Below are positions 1 to 9,156 of a DNA stretch of 64,000 bases, piece after piece. How positions within the stretch are numbered: position 1 is the stretch's first letter; each line of letters begins with the position of its first letter. Source of the DNA: a virus (Duplodnaviria > Caudoviricetes); the IMG/VR virus record IMGVR_UViG_3300021978_000001, positions 1 through 64,000 of that record; one strand, written 5' to 3'. Under the pieces are notes generated by a model that saw nothing but the letters and a program-made list of their open reading frames with translations, did not search any database and was not told the DNA's origin. The position numbers were made by a program, and so were the translations under genes.

Positions 1-6
1 AGAACC

Positions 7-903
7 ATGAAGCCCGCGATAAGCTACTATGGAGGAAAGCAGCGCCTCGCCTCAAGGTTGGTGAAACACATCCCACGCCATACGGTGTACGTCGAGCCTT
101 TTGCAGGTGGAGCTGCGGTGTTTTTCAAGAAGCCCTGGCCCGCGATGCAGGATGCCCAGAGCTATCGTGAAGTCCTCAATGACACGGATGGCGAGTTGAT
201 GAACTTCTATACAGTCTTGAGAGATCATGGTGAGGAATTGTATCGTGCGTTGCAAATGACGCCCTACAGTTTGAAAGAGTACCATAACGCTGTCCAGACA
301 GAAGATTTGGAGATCCTGTCTCCCGTGGAGCGTGCGCGTCGGTATTATATTCACATTCAACAGAGCTTTGGTAACAAGCTCCATGGGGGTTGGGCTCGTA
401 CCACGAGCAGTCAAAACCATGCTTACTCGTTTTACAACGCGCGAAGCAGGCTCCTTGCTTGTGTCGAACGCATGCAGTGTGTGTACCTGGAGAACCGGGA
501 CGCGTTGGAAGTGATCGCCTCTTGGGATTCCCCTCAGACCTTCTTTTATTGTGATCCGCCTTATCCTGATACGGATCAGGGACACTATGGCGGGTACACT
601 TACGAGGATTTGCAAGCACTCTTCGATACGCTCGATCAGTGTCAGGGTTCCTGGATGGTGAGCAACTACCCCCAGGAAGACTTGCGCTTGCCGCAACATA
701 CCCAAGAGAAGGCGCTTACAGCAGTGAGTTCCGTTTCTTCTGACTTGAAGAAACGTGGCGCGAGAAACGAAATGGTGTGGTTTCGCGGTCGCAAGGCCGT
801 GATCACTTCCAAACGTACACAGCAGTTCTGGAGCGATCCTGCTCTGGATTGCTTCGAGGGTGGTGACCCTCATTTACTTGAACCGGCACTTGACGGAGAA
901 TAA
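7..903 (+). CDS. dam: DNA adenine methyltransferase (Dam/D12 class, N6-adenine)
   Basis: YYGGKQRL, YVEPFAGGAAV (SAM-binding motif I) and FFYCDPPY (catalytic DPPY) motifs. Confidence 0.88.
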   Translation: MKPAISYYGGKQRLASRLVKHIPRHTVYVEPFAGGAAVFFKKPWPAMQDAQSYREVLNDTDGELMNFYTVLRDHGEELYRALQMTPYSLKEYHNAVQTEDLEILSPVERARRYYIHIQQSFGNKLHGGWARTTSSQNHAYSFYNARSRLLACVERMQCVYLENRDALEVIASWDSPQTFFYCDPPYPDTDQGHYGGYTYEDLQALFDTLDQCQGSWMVSNYPQEDLRLPQHTQEKALTAVSSVSSDLKKRGARNEMVWFRGRKAVITSKRTQQFWSDPALDCFEGGDPHLLEPALDGE

Positions 904-904
904 C

Positions 905-1240
905 ATGAGCAACGTGAAAGACCTGACCAATCCTATCCATGACCAACACGTCTATGAGGTCGATGATGAGCGCGTCGTGGTCCTCGACTTCTACGCGTCG
1001 TGGTGTGGCCCCTGCAAGGCAGTGGCGCCTCAGTATGAGGCGCTCGCGAGCAAGCGCGACGCAGACTTCTACAAGATCGACTCGGATAAGGAATCCGACC
1101 TCGCCTTCGAGTATGGGGTCAGGAGCCTCCCGACCTTCGTGGTGATTCAGGGAGGGCAGATCAAGGGTCAATCCCGTGGTTCCAACTTGACAGCACTGGT
1201 CACCTTGTTGGATGATCTCGGGGTTGGCGAGCGCGAGTGA
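905..1240 (+). CDS. trxA: thioredoxin
   Basis: VVLDFYASWCGPCK active site and GVRSLPT cis-Pro loop; ATG at 905 just after the dam stop. Confidence 0.93.
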   Translation: MSNVKDLTNPIHDQHVYEVDDERVVVLDFYASWCGPCKAVAPQYEALASKRDADFYKIDSDKESDLAFEYGVRSLPTFVVIQGGQIKGQSRGSNLTALVTLLDDLGVGERE

Positions 1241-1294
1241 GCACAAGCGTAAAGGTACAAGCGTAAAGGTACCGAGGTACAGGAGTAGAGTATC

Positions 1295-1687
1295 ATGATC
1301 GAAGTGTTGATGTCTCAGAGGTTTCTCATCGCGATGGGGGTAGGTGCCCTCATTGGTTCCATCGTAGCTGCGACCATCATCATGGCGCTCCGCTGGCGCG
1401 AGAGGCGCAAGGAACCCGAGCTGGAACATCTCGACATTCGAGGGCGGCGTTGGGAACCCATGCGGCTGGGCATCGCCAATGAGTTACAAGAAGGGGACCT
1501 GGTTCTCTATCACGACACATGGCACGAGATCATCGAGATTCAACCCCAGAACCGCACTTATCATGGTGCCCCCACGTTGAAGTTTCTCTTGCACTCGAAG
1601 ATGACCTTCAAACAAAGAAGGACGGATGAGTGTGTTATCCGGGTCTTGAAAGGACGGAAGGCTCCCGAAGAGACCCCCGAAGACTGA
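1295..1687 (+). CDS. hypothetical protein with N-terminal membrane anchor
   Basis: 130-aa ORF with hydrophobic stretch FLIAMGVGALIGSIVAATIIMAL followed by basic residues. Confidence 0.6.
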   Translation: MIEVLMSQRFLIAMGVGALIGSIVAATIIMALRWRERRKEPELEHLDIRGRRWEPMRLGIANELQEGDLVLYHDTWHEIIEIQPQNRTYHGAPTLKFLLHSKMTFKQRRTDECVIRVLKGRKAPEETPED

Positions 1688-1735
1688 GCACTTAAAGAGA
1701 CCTGATCGAGTACCTGAAAGAGACCGGGAGCATGT

Positions 1736-4700
1736 ATGTTGGATGAGTTTGAAGGGTGGGTGCTGCGAGCACCTCGTGTCGCGCAAGCCAACGCTGCGTT
1801 TACAGGAGAGGCTCGCGCGCTCGTGCGTGAGGTCGATAAGCCGACCTACCGCGCGGCCTACCTCGATAACCCCAACGCGGAGAACGTCGAGTACCTCGTG
1901 CGCGCGCAGGAGACCAATGACATCGTGGTCCCTGATGAGATTACGGAGACCGCGACCGTGGTTTCTGGTTTGCTCTCAGACGCGATCGTCTTCCAGTTCA
2001 ACCCACAGGGTCGCGCTATCGAGACCGTGCTCCCTGCGGATGTCACACCCACGCCTGATGCGGTCGATAGCGTCGCAGGGTTGATCACCTACAACGTACC
2101 GCCCGGTGTCCTGCCGGTTGTGGTCTACACACCAAAGCCGCTCTCGCTCGAATACACACGCAACGAAGCAGGAAGAACCCGCTTCGGCTATGACGATCGT
2201 ACAGGGCGTTGGGAGCCTTTGCCTGGAGCTGCCCCGGAGTCCCTCGGTGATGTCCCCGAAGACGGACTCCTGAACGTGCCTGTGGTCGAGTATGACGCGC
2301 TCGGGGATGTTGTAGCACCCAGGGTGCTCATCGGCAGCCCGGACAGCACGACGGCGCTCGTGGTGCCTGTCAACCTGTTCTTCTTCGAGGCGACCTTCGC
2401 GGATTATCGTGATGGTATCTTGACCCCACCCGTGGGCGAAGGCGTCTTGAACATTGACACGGGCGAACTCTTGCTCGCGAGTGACATCGTGGTGAGCACA
2501 GAGAGCCAGCCGGTGTTCTTCACGCGGGTCTCGTTCTTCGATTACAGCGAGAGCACCGGCGCCGTAGGTGCCGTGGGTGATACACTTTACTTGAATCCGC
2601 TCCCTCAAGTGGGAGAGATTCCCTTGCTGCGGCTCGGGTATCGTCAGTACCTCACTGCTTCGACCGCCGCAGGTGCTCCTGTGGGAGCCGAAGACGCGCG
2701 CATCGACCCCACGACGGGCCGCGTGACGTTCTCCAACGCGATCCTCACGTCGAGTGTGGGTGAAACCCTGTACTATGATGGTGTCTTGACGGGGCAGGAC
2801 GTGACGCCGATCACGCCAGGTAACCTCGGGACGGTCACCGCCGATCAGTCGGGCATCACCGCGATTGACCTGAACGTGTATGAACCCGAGAGCATCATCC
2901 TCTACCTCGGGTCTTCGGGCGTCGCGGTGCGGCGCGTGGACCTGGTAGAGACCAGCGTGGACTTCGAGGAGGCCCGAAACCTCGCGCCCGACCGCGCGCA
3001 GGTCGCCCTGGATACCGGAGCTGTGCGTTTGTCTCAACGCCTGGCCGCGAGCGCTGTTGGGGATACACTGTATGTGGGCTCACGTGATTTCGTGATCGAA
3101 GATGGGATCACGTTTCGCCTCGACCAAAGCCCCGTGGACCCGACCAATGAACGCGGTGTTCCTGATGGCCAGGGCACCCTACGGCTAAACGAAACGCTCT
3201 TGCAAGGTGCGATCAACCCTGGACCCTCGGTGGCGCTGACACAGGTACCCTTGACCGATGTCGCAGGGTTTGGAGAGAACGTCTTCTATCGAGTGGAGTC
3301 TGGCGCCTCGAAGCGCACGCTCACCCCGGATGAGGACGTGATCTATGACTTCGATAACCGCCAGCTCTTTTGGGCGCAGCGCAAGTCCACCTCCCAGACG
3401 CTCGCGACGCGCTCTTATGATGTGCGCTTGCCCGATCAGGTTGTGCTCGATCGCAATTATCAGTTCGAGCTAAACCGAGGTGATGGCTTTGTCACGCTCG
3501 AAGATGGCGTGAACGCGACCGTGGAGTTCGACACAGGGATCGTGCGCTTTACCGAAGCGGTGGGCGGCGCGACCGTGGAAGGCATCGCGCGTGTTGCGGG
3601 CAACGTCTTTACCTTCCTCGAAGCCGACCTCACGGGTGTCACCACAGGACTCGATCCGTTGCTCGCGCCGATCCTTCGCACGGGGGAGAGCGCCTATCTT
3701 GTCACGGATGTGGTCGGGCAAGAGGTGACCGTGTTGGGCGATGTGCTCGAAACTGGGTCGGTCAGTGCGCAGATCATCGAGAACCCTGAACCCATCTACG
3801 TGTACGCGCTCGCAGAAGAGAGCCTGACGCCGCAGCTCGTTTATCCCTTCCTCGTGCAAGAGATCGACACGGCCAATCCTCAGTTTGCGCCGGGGACGCC
3901 GGACGGGGACGCGGATGAGGTCTTTATCGAACTCGCAGACGGCACAAGACGCCAGACCGTTCTTCTTGTCGAGACCACGCTCGGACGCTCGGATGCGACC
4001 CTGACCCTGCCTTCGTTCGCGCAGAACGTGTACGCCAATTACGCCATCTTCCTCGATGAGCAAGAGCTTATCTATAGCGCCGTGGCTCCGAATCAGGGCG
4101 AATACACCTTGACGGGAGCCTTCCCGAACGCTGTGGTGACCTTGCATCCCGATGATGTCGCGACGCTCGGGTCCGTGACGCTCACGCCCTCCTTGAGTGA
4201 TCCCTACCCCACAGGTGAGATCGAGCTGCTGGCGTCGGATCGCTCGCTCGGATTCCCGGATGATGTCCTGGCCGAAGGAACCGTAGACCTTTATAGCGAA
4301 CTCGATGTTCAGCTCCAGGACAACCTGCTCTACTTCACGCGTCCTTTCCAGGAGGGTGAGCGCCTCGTGGTCCGCTATATCCCACAAGGGGAGAGCACCC
4401 CGATCGAAGAACCTGTGGGCTTTCGCACGGTCGAAACGCTGGCCGCGACAGGAGGCTTGACACCGTTTGCTGCTACACGTGAGCTTGATACCACGCGCGA
4501 CATCATCACGCTCGTCAACGGGAGCCCCAAGCCCCTCGCAATCAACGCAGGGTCGAAGCTCGTCAACACGGCGGGCTTGCGCTCGGGGCGTGTGGTCGGG
4601 GTGAACTATGCAGCGTATGATGCGCTCGGTGGAGAGCAAACTGTGAGCTTGCTTTCGACTCCGGTGTCCCCTGATGTGGTCTTGAACGCTGGTACAGATC

Positions 4701-7700
4701 AGCGCTTGCTCGGAGACCTCACGGATGTGTTGACCTCGGGTGCGTTCGTGCAAGCGGACAGCGCGAGCTTCTTTATCGATGGTGCGCCGGTGTTCGATGG
4801 GGAGTATACGAGCTTTACCGTGGGCCCTCCCCTGGTCGATACCCTGATCAACCCCACGACCCTGGTGAGCCAGACGCCGATCAACTATCAGATCTTCCCT
4901 TCCTTGACCTTCGAGCCTGCCTCACGAGGGATGAACACGCTCACGGTCTTTGGAGACGCGCGCCAAGCCTTGTTCGCAAACCGAATCATCGTGCTCGACT
5001 CCGACCCCTATTACGTCGAGGATGTCGCGTTCAACGAGCAAGTGGGCGCGACCACCCTCACCGTTGCCAGCAAGCTCGCCAGGGATTATGTGAGTCCGCT
5101 CGTGGCGCAGTCGCGCTACAAGGTGTATGCCCCCGGCGCGCTCACTCTGGAAGCCGAGAAGGTAGGATTGGAAGGTCCTCTGGTCGAGGTGATCCGACGT
5201 ACAGAAGATACCCTGGAGGTGGTGGACCCTGATTACTACCTGTACGAAGCGGCGGGGCGCGTGACGCTCGATCCAACCTTGAACGACCCCTTGCGTCAGG
5301 GCGAGGTCGTGTACTTGCGTTACACCGCGCTCGACCCTGTAGACCCGCGCGAGATTGGAGGACAGCTCTATCTGCCACGCTTCCGCGCGACATACACGTA
5401 TCGCGTGAATGCGACGACACAGAATGGTTATCTTGGCGCACGTCTGACAACCACGCAGACCTTGCGCGCGCCCGATACCTTCTACTTCCGCGTGGTGAGC
5501 TTGAATGACTATGTGGCAGAGGTCGCAGATGACCTGGCGGAGCAAGCAGCTCAGAGCGCACCGGCTGGTGGTCCGGTGATCACGTTTGCAGGTAGCAACG
5601 CATTGAACGAAAAAGGACAGCTCACGCTTGTCGGTGAAGGTGAGGATCTCTATGACCAGGACCGCGCCGCGAGGCAATATCTCGCTTACTACAACGCCCT
5701 GGTCACCGCGTTCGAGAACATCCAGGAGGTGGTGGATGGGCGCGTGATCGGGGACCGTGACGGGAAGTTTCGCTTCGTGTTGCGTGATGAGGAGACCCCT
5801 GGTGGCGTGGACCCCTTTACCGGGCGTCTCTTGCCTTACTACGTGAACGCGGCCAATCCCGGTGTCCGGCTCACGAGTAATGAGATCCGAGACCTCGAAG
5901 ATCTCACGATCCAGGCGGGACTGATCGAGAACAACATCGACGACATCGTGTTGACCTCGAAGCGGCCTTTCGCGCTGGATGTGGGCCTGCCACCCGAGCT
6001 GGTGTTCACGGGCACCTTCAAGCGTGCATGGGAGCCTTCCAAGTTCTCCAGGTTGTATCCCGAAGAGGTCATCGTGCGCACGGTCACGCTCGCGCCGCTC
6101 GGGGGTGGTGCAGATTACACCTTCGAGGATGATTTCAACCAGGTGCTCGCGGACGCCGGTGTCGATGGCGTACTCGCGCTTCGTGATGTCAAACCCCGCG
6201 CCGCCGCTGCGACCATCCAGGAGGTCGAGCCAGGTGATCCGATCGTACTGACCTGCGCACAGACCTACAACCCCGTGACAGGTGAACTCTCGAACGCGCC
6301 CTATGACTTGACCACGGGAGATCCCTCACGCACCTTGCCTCCCTTCACTGTGGGTGATCATGTGGACATCGGGCGCGTGACATACACGCGCGCAGGAGAA
6401 GAGGTAACGCGCACCGAGGTCGTGGTGGCCAGGGACCTTATTGTGGATGCGGTCACCGCCTCGACCCTGACCTTGAGCGAGGGGAACGGCACGGCGATCG
6501 GTGCAGTGAATGCACAGCCGGGCGATACGGTGTTCGTGAACCGTCCAATAAACCTCGCAGCGGTCGCGACATTGGATGATCTCGACCCCGAGGATATGCC
6601 CTTCTACCGTCCACCGCTCGATGTGATTTTGAACGAGGCTGATGGTGAGATCCTGAACCCGACCTTGCCCCCGTTCTTCGCGGACCTCCTCGGACAAAAG
6701 GTGCCACCTCCCGGGACGTACTTGCAGGCAGTGGTGAGCTTCAAGAACGCGCGCACCGAACCCTTCGAGGTGCCCGCGCTCTTTGGTGAAGGTGTCAGTG
6801 ATGACGGCGACACCATTCCACCCTTCGTGTCCCCCTTGCCCGACTCGGAACTTCAACGTCTCCCCGCTGAAGGTGATCGAATCACGGACATCTTCACACG
6901 CACAACAGCAGGGCAATATGCAGGTGTCTCGACCAAGGTCGCACCCTCGAACCTCGTGACCACCGAGGATCTCTCGTCTGATCCGGTCGCGCCCTTCGAT
7001 GTGGTCGTGCTCGAAGGCTTGCCTGACTTCTACAGTGCCTATGAAGCGGGCGTGAACACCTTGACGTTGGCGGCGTTCGAGTATCGCAACGCTGCTGCGG
7101 TTTACGAGGTGCCTGATCTTTATCAGGGCAGTGGAACTGTTGCAGGAGATACGCTGACCGACCTCGGGACAGACTTCACGGCGTTCGCGGGAGCTACCAT
7201 CACGCTCAATATCGACGGCGGGAACTCGTACAGCGTCGCAGCGCTGAACAACGGCTCCATTGTGGCCACGATCCCTATTGTGGAGACAGGCGCTCAGACG
7301 TACACACTCTCGGCACAGGGGGTGGGTTCGATCAGCACAGACCTGACCACCTTGCTCGCGGTAGGCGTCGATTTTAGCGACGCTCAGGGGAGCTTTACTG
7401 TGACGCGACCCTCGACCCCTGCTTCGGTGGTGGACACGTATACGGTGGATGTGGGAGCGCCTGGTGCCTTGACTGCTGTGACGGTACCTGATGGATTCTC
7501 TGCACCTGTGGCCGTGAGCGCGGCGGTGACCATTGCGAGCGGTACAGGTGCGATCGACCAGGCTGCCAGTGAACTCACGACTGGGGCATCGCTTGTAAAC
7601 GTCGCGCCCGGGGATACCCTGATGGTGGACCCGGATAGCGCCAACGCAGCGCGCTATCGTATCGCTTCCGCTGCTGGCGGGGTGATCACGATCGACGCGG

Positions 7701-8614
7701 GTGCCGACCCTACCATCTACACGACCGGATTCTATCTCGATGAAGGCGCCGCAGACTTTCGAGTCGTGCGCCCGAGGCGGTTTAGCGTCGAGGTCGATGC
7801 CTGGCAAACACAGCTCATTCAGGAGCGCGTGCTGTATGAAGATAATGCCAACGCAGACGCGGACATCGCGCCGTTGTTGACAGGCGTGAGCGCGAACCCT
7901 TCGACGCCCTTGCAAGAGCGCCTGGATACCCTGGTCGATCTCCTCTTGCCTGATCCCTTCCTCACGCAGACAGGGACCGCGACCAACGCGACGCAAGCGC
8001 TGACAGGAAGCGTGGACTTCCTGGTGGAAGGTGTCGAGGTCGGTGACCTGGTGCGTGTGGACGTTGGGGTGAACCGTGGCTTCTATTTTGTCACGGGCGT
8101 CACGAGCACGACGCTCACCCTGGACGGGAACCAGGAGTTCGTGATCTATAACCTCACAGATGATGGCGCGACCACTTATACAGTGACCAAAGCCACGACA
8201 TTCAACACGAGGACCTATCAGCTCGCCTTGAGTGAGCAGTATGGGGTTCAGGATCTCGTGGCGCGCATTGATGACGGGATTCGTGCAACAGTGACAGATA
8301 CGGATGACATCCTCGGGGTACCACCGTTCAATACCTTGACGGGTGATCCTACCGATGCAGCGCTCACGGCGCACACGGCGAGCCTTACCGCACGCCTCGA
8401 CAGGATTCGAGACGTGACCCCGACGCTCACGCAAGACATCGAGGGTGTCTTGAAGGGGAGCGAAGCACTCTATGATGTGCGCTTCTCCTGGGTGGATTAT
8501 CGCGTGAACCTGGAGACCGGGACGCTTTCGAGAATCCGTCAATATAACGCGAGAGTAGAGAAACGGCGCGCCAAGGCTCTTCGAGATTTGCTGCGTCTGT
8601 TCTCGACACAATAA
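1736..8614 (+). CDS. very large putative virion structural protein (baseplate/tail associated)
   Basis: 2292-aa acidic, beta-strand-rich (V/T/D/G) ORF with RBS-like GGGAG; co-oriented with recognisable baseplate genes; no enzymatic motif seen. Confidence 0.6.
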   Translation: MLDEFEGWVLRAPRVAQANAAFTGEARALVREVDKPTYRAAYLDNPNAENVEYLVRAQETNDIVVPDEITETATVVSGLLSDAIVFQFNPQGRAIETVLPADVTPTPDAVDSVAGLITYNVPPGVLPVVVYTPKPLSLEYTRNEAGRTRFGYDDRTGRWEPLPGAAPESLGDVPEDGLLNVPVVEYDALGDVVAPRVLIGSPDSTTALVVPVNLFFFEATFADYRDGILTPPVGEGVLNIDTGELLLASDIVVSTESQPVFFTRVSFFDYSESTGAVGAVGDTLYLNPLPQVGEIPLLRLGYRQYLTASTAAGAPVGAEDARIDPTTGRVTFSNAILTSSVGETLYYDGVLTGQDVTPITPGNLGTVTADQSGITAIDLNVYEPESIILYLGSSGVAVRRVDLVETSVDFEEARNLAPDRAQVALDTGAVRLSQRLAASAVGDTLYVGSRDFVIEDGITFRLDQSPVDPTNERGVPDGQGTLRLNETLLQGAINPGPSVALTQVPLTDVAGFGENVFYRVESGASKRTLTPDEDVIYDFDNRQLFWAQRKSTSQTLATRSYDVRLPDQVVLDRNYQFELNRGDGFVTLEDGVNATVEFDTGIVRFTEAVGGATVEGIARVAGNVFTFLEADLTGVTTGLDPLLAPILRTGESAYLVTDVVGQEVTVLGDVLETGSVSAQIIENPEPIYVYALAEESLTPQLVYPFLVQEIDTANPQFAPGTPDGDADEVFIELADGTRRQTVLLVETTLGRSDATLTLPSFAQNVYANYAIFLDEQELIYSAVAPNQGEYTLTGAFPNAVVTLHPDDVATLGSVTLTPSLSDPYPTGEIELLASDRSLGFPDDVLAEGTVDLYSELDVQLQDNLLYFTRPFQEGERLVVRYIPQGESTPIEEPVGFRTVETLAATGGLTPFAATRELDTTRDIITLVNGSPKPLAINAGSKLVNTAGLRSGRVVGVNYAAYDALGGEQTVSLLSTPVSPDVVLNAGTDQRLLGDLTDVLTSGAFVQADSASFFIDGAPVFDGEYTSFTVGPPLVDTLINPTTLVSQTPINYQIFPSLTFEPASRGMNTLTVFGDARQALFANRIIVLDSDPYYVEDVAFNEQVGATTLTVASKLARDYVSPLVAQSRYKVYAPGALTLEAEKVGLEGPLVEVIRRTEDTLEVVDPDYYLYEAAGRVTLDPTLNDPLRQGEVVYLRYTALDPVDPREIGGQLYLPRFRATYTYRVNATTQNGYLGARLTTTQTLRAPDTFYFRVVSLNDYVAEVADDLAEQAAQSAPAGGPVITFAGSNALNEKGQLTLVGEGEDLYDQDRAARQYLAYYNALVTAFENIQEVVDGRVIGDRDGKFRFVLRDEETPGGVDPFTGRLLPYYVNAANPGVRLTSNEIRDLEDLTIQAGLIENNIDDIVLTSKRPFALDVGLPPELVFTGTFKRAWEPSKFSRLYPEEVIVRTVTLAPLGGGADYTFEDDFNQVLADAGVDGVLALRDVKPRAAAATIQEVEPGDPIVLTCAQTYNPVTGELSNAPYDLTTGDPSRTLPPFTVGDHVDIGRVTYTRAGEEVTRTEVVVARDLIVDAVTASTLTLSEGNGTAIGAVNAQPGDTVFVNRPINLAAVATLDDLDPEDMPFYRPPLDVILNEADGEILNPTLPPFFADLLGQKVPPPGTYLQAVVSFKNARTEPFEVPALFGEGVSDDGDTIPPFVSPLPDSELQRLPAEGDRITDIFTRTTAGQYAGVSTKVAPSNLVTTEDLSSDPVAPFDVVVLEGLPDFYSAYEAGVNTLTLAAFEYRNAAAVYEVPDLYQGSGTVAGDTLTDLGTDFTAFAGATITLNIDGGNSYSVAALNNGSIVATIPIVETGAQTYTLSAQGVGSISTDLTTLLAVGVDFSDAQGSFTVTRPSTPASVVDTYTVDVGAPGALTAVTVPDGFSAPVAVSAAVTIASGTGAIDQAASELTTGASLVNVAPGDTLMVDPDSANAARYRIASAAGGVITIDAGADPTIYTTGFYLDEGAADFRVVRPRRFSVEVDAWQTQLIQERVLYEDNANADADIAPLLTGVSANPSTPLQERLDTLVDLLLPDPFLTQTGTATNATQALTGSVDFLVEGVEVGDLVRVDVGVNRGFYFVTGVTSTTLTLDGNQEFVIYNLTDDGATTYTVTKATTFNTRTYQLALSEQYGVQDLVARIDDGIRATVTDTDDILGVPPFNTLTGDPTDAALTAHTASLTARLDRIRDVTPTLTQDIEGVLKGSEALYDVRFSWVDYRVNLETGTLSRIRQYNARVEKRRAKALRDLLRLFSTQ

Positions 8615-8625
8615 CGGAGGTCTTT

Positions 8626-8889
8626 ATGATAAAGGGTGAAGAGAATGAACGTACAAGCGAGGCGTCGGAGAATGAGGCGAGCCCGGCTCAAGAGAAAGAA
8701 CCTGAGAAGGGCTGGCACCAGGTCGAGCTTACGCCGTACTCGCCGTTACTCGCGCGCCTCAAGACGCTCAGGCAAGCCGTGCGCCAGGTGCAAGACGCGA
8801 CGCGTGCGCAGATTCAAAAGCAAGAGGCTATACAGAAAGAGGCTCAGGGTCAGGCACAAGACGACCAAAGTGTGGGAGAGTCATCATGA
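8626..8889 (+). CDS. hypothetical coiled-coil protein
   Basis: 87-aa ORF with GGAGG RBS and Q/E/K heptad-like stretch. Confidence 0.55.
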   Translation: MIKGEENERTSEASENEASPAQEKEPEKGWHQVELTPYSPLLARLKTLRQAVRQVQDATRAQIQKQEAIQKEAQGQAQDDQSVGESS

Positions 8890-9122
8890 CGAGGCACAAG
8901 ACCGTGGACGAGATCCTGGAACAGACGACAGGTAACCTCTGGGTCACACTGTATGAGCGTCGTCTCGTGCTCTCGGTCAAGCATTCGTTGACTCCCTCTG
9001 AACAGAGAGAGTACGAGATCTTGCGCACGCTGCTCGACGCTTACATGGATTACATGGCAGAGAGGCACCCCCTGCCTCATGATCACATCGCACGGTTTGT
9101 CCGGGAAACCGGCTTGAACTAA
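8886..9122 (+). CDS. hypothetical protein
   Basis: 78-aa ORF with ATGA overlap to the upstream gene. Confidence 0.55.
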   Translation: MTRHKTVDEILEQTTGNLWVTLYERRLVLSVKHSLTPSEQREYEILRTLLDAYMDYMAERHPLPHDHIARFVRETGLN

Positions 9123-9156
9123 AGCGCAGACCCCCCAAAGAGAAAAGAGAGCTGTT

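Noticed and set aside
1243-1272. 14-nt tandem duplication ACAAGCGTAAAGGT x2 in an intergenic gap
   Set aside because: Only two copies with no spacer; likely slippage, no functional support
6326-8611. 761-aa minus-strand ORF and similar shadows (50021-51589, 59786-61624, 33916-35121)
   Set aside because: They fully overlap well-supported genes on the opposite strand and lack RBS or domain signatures
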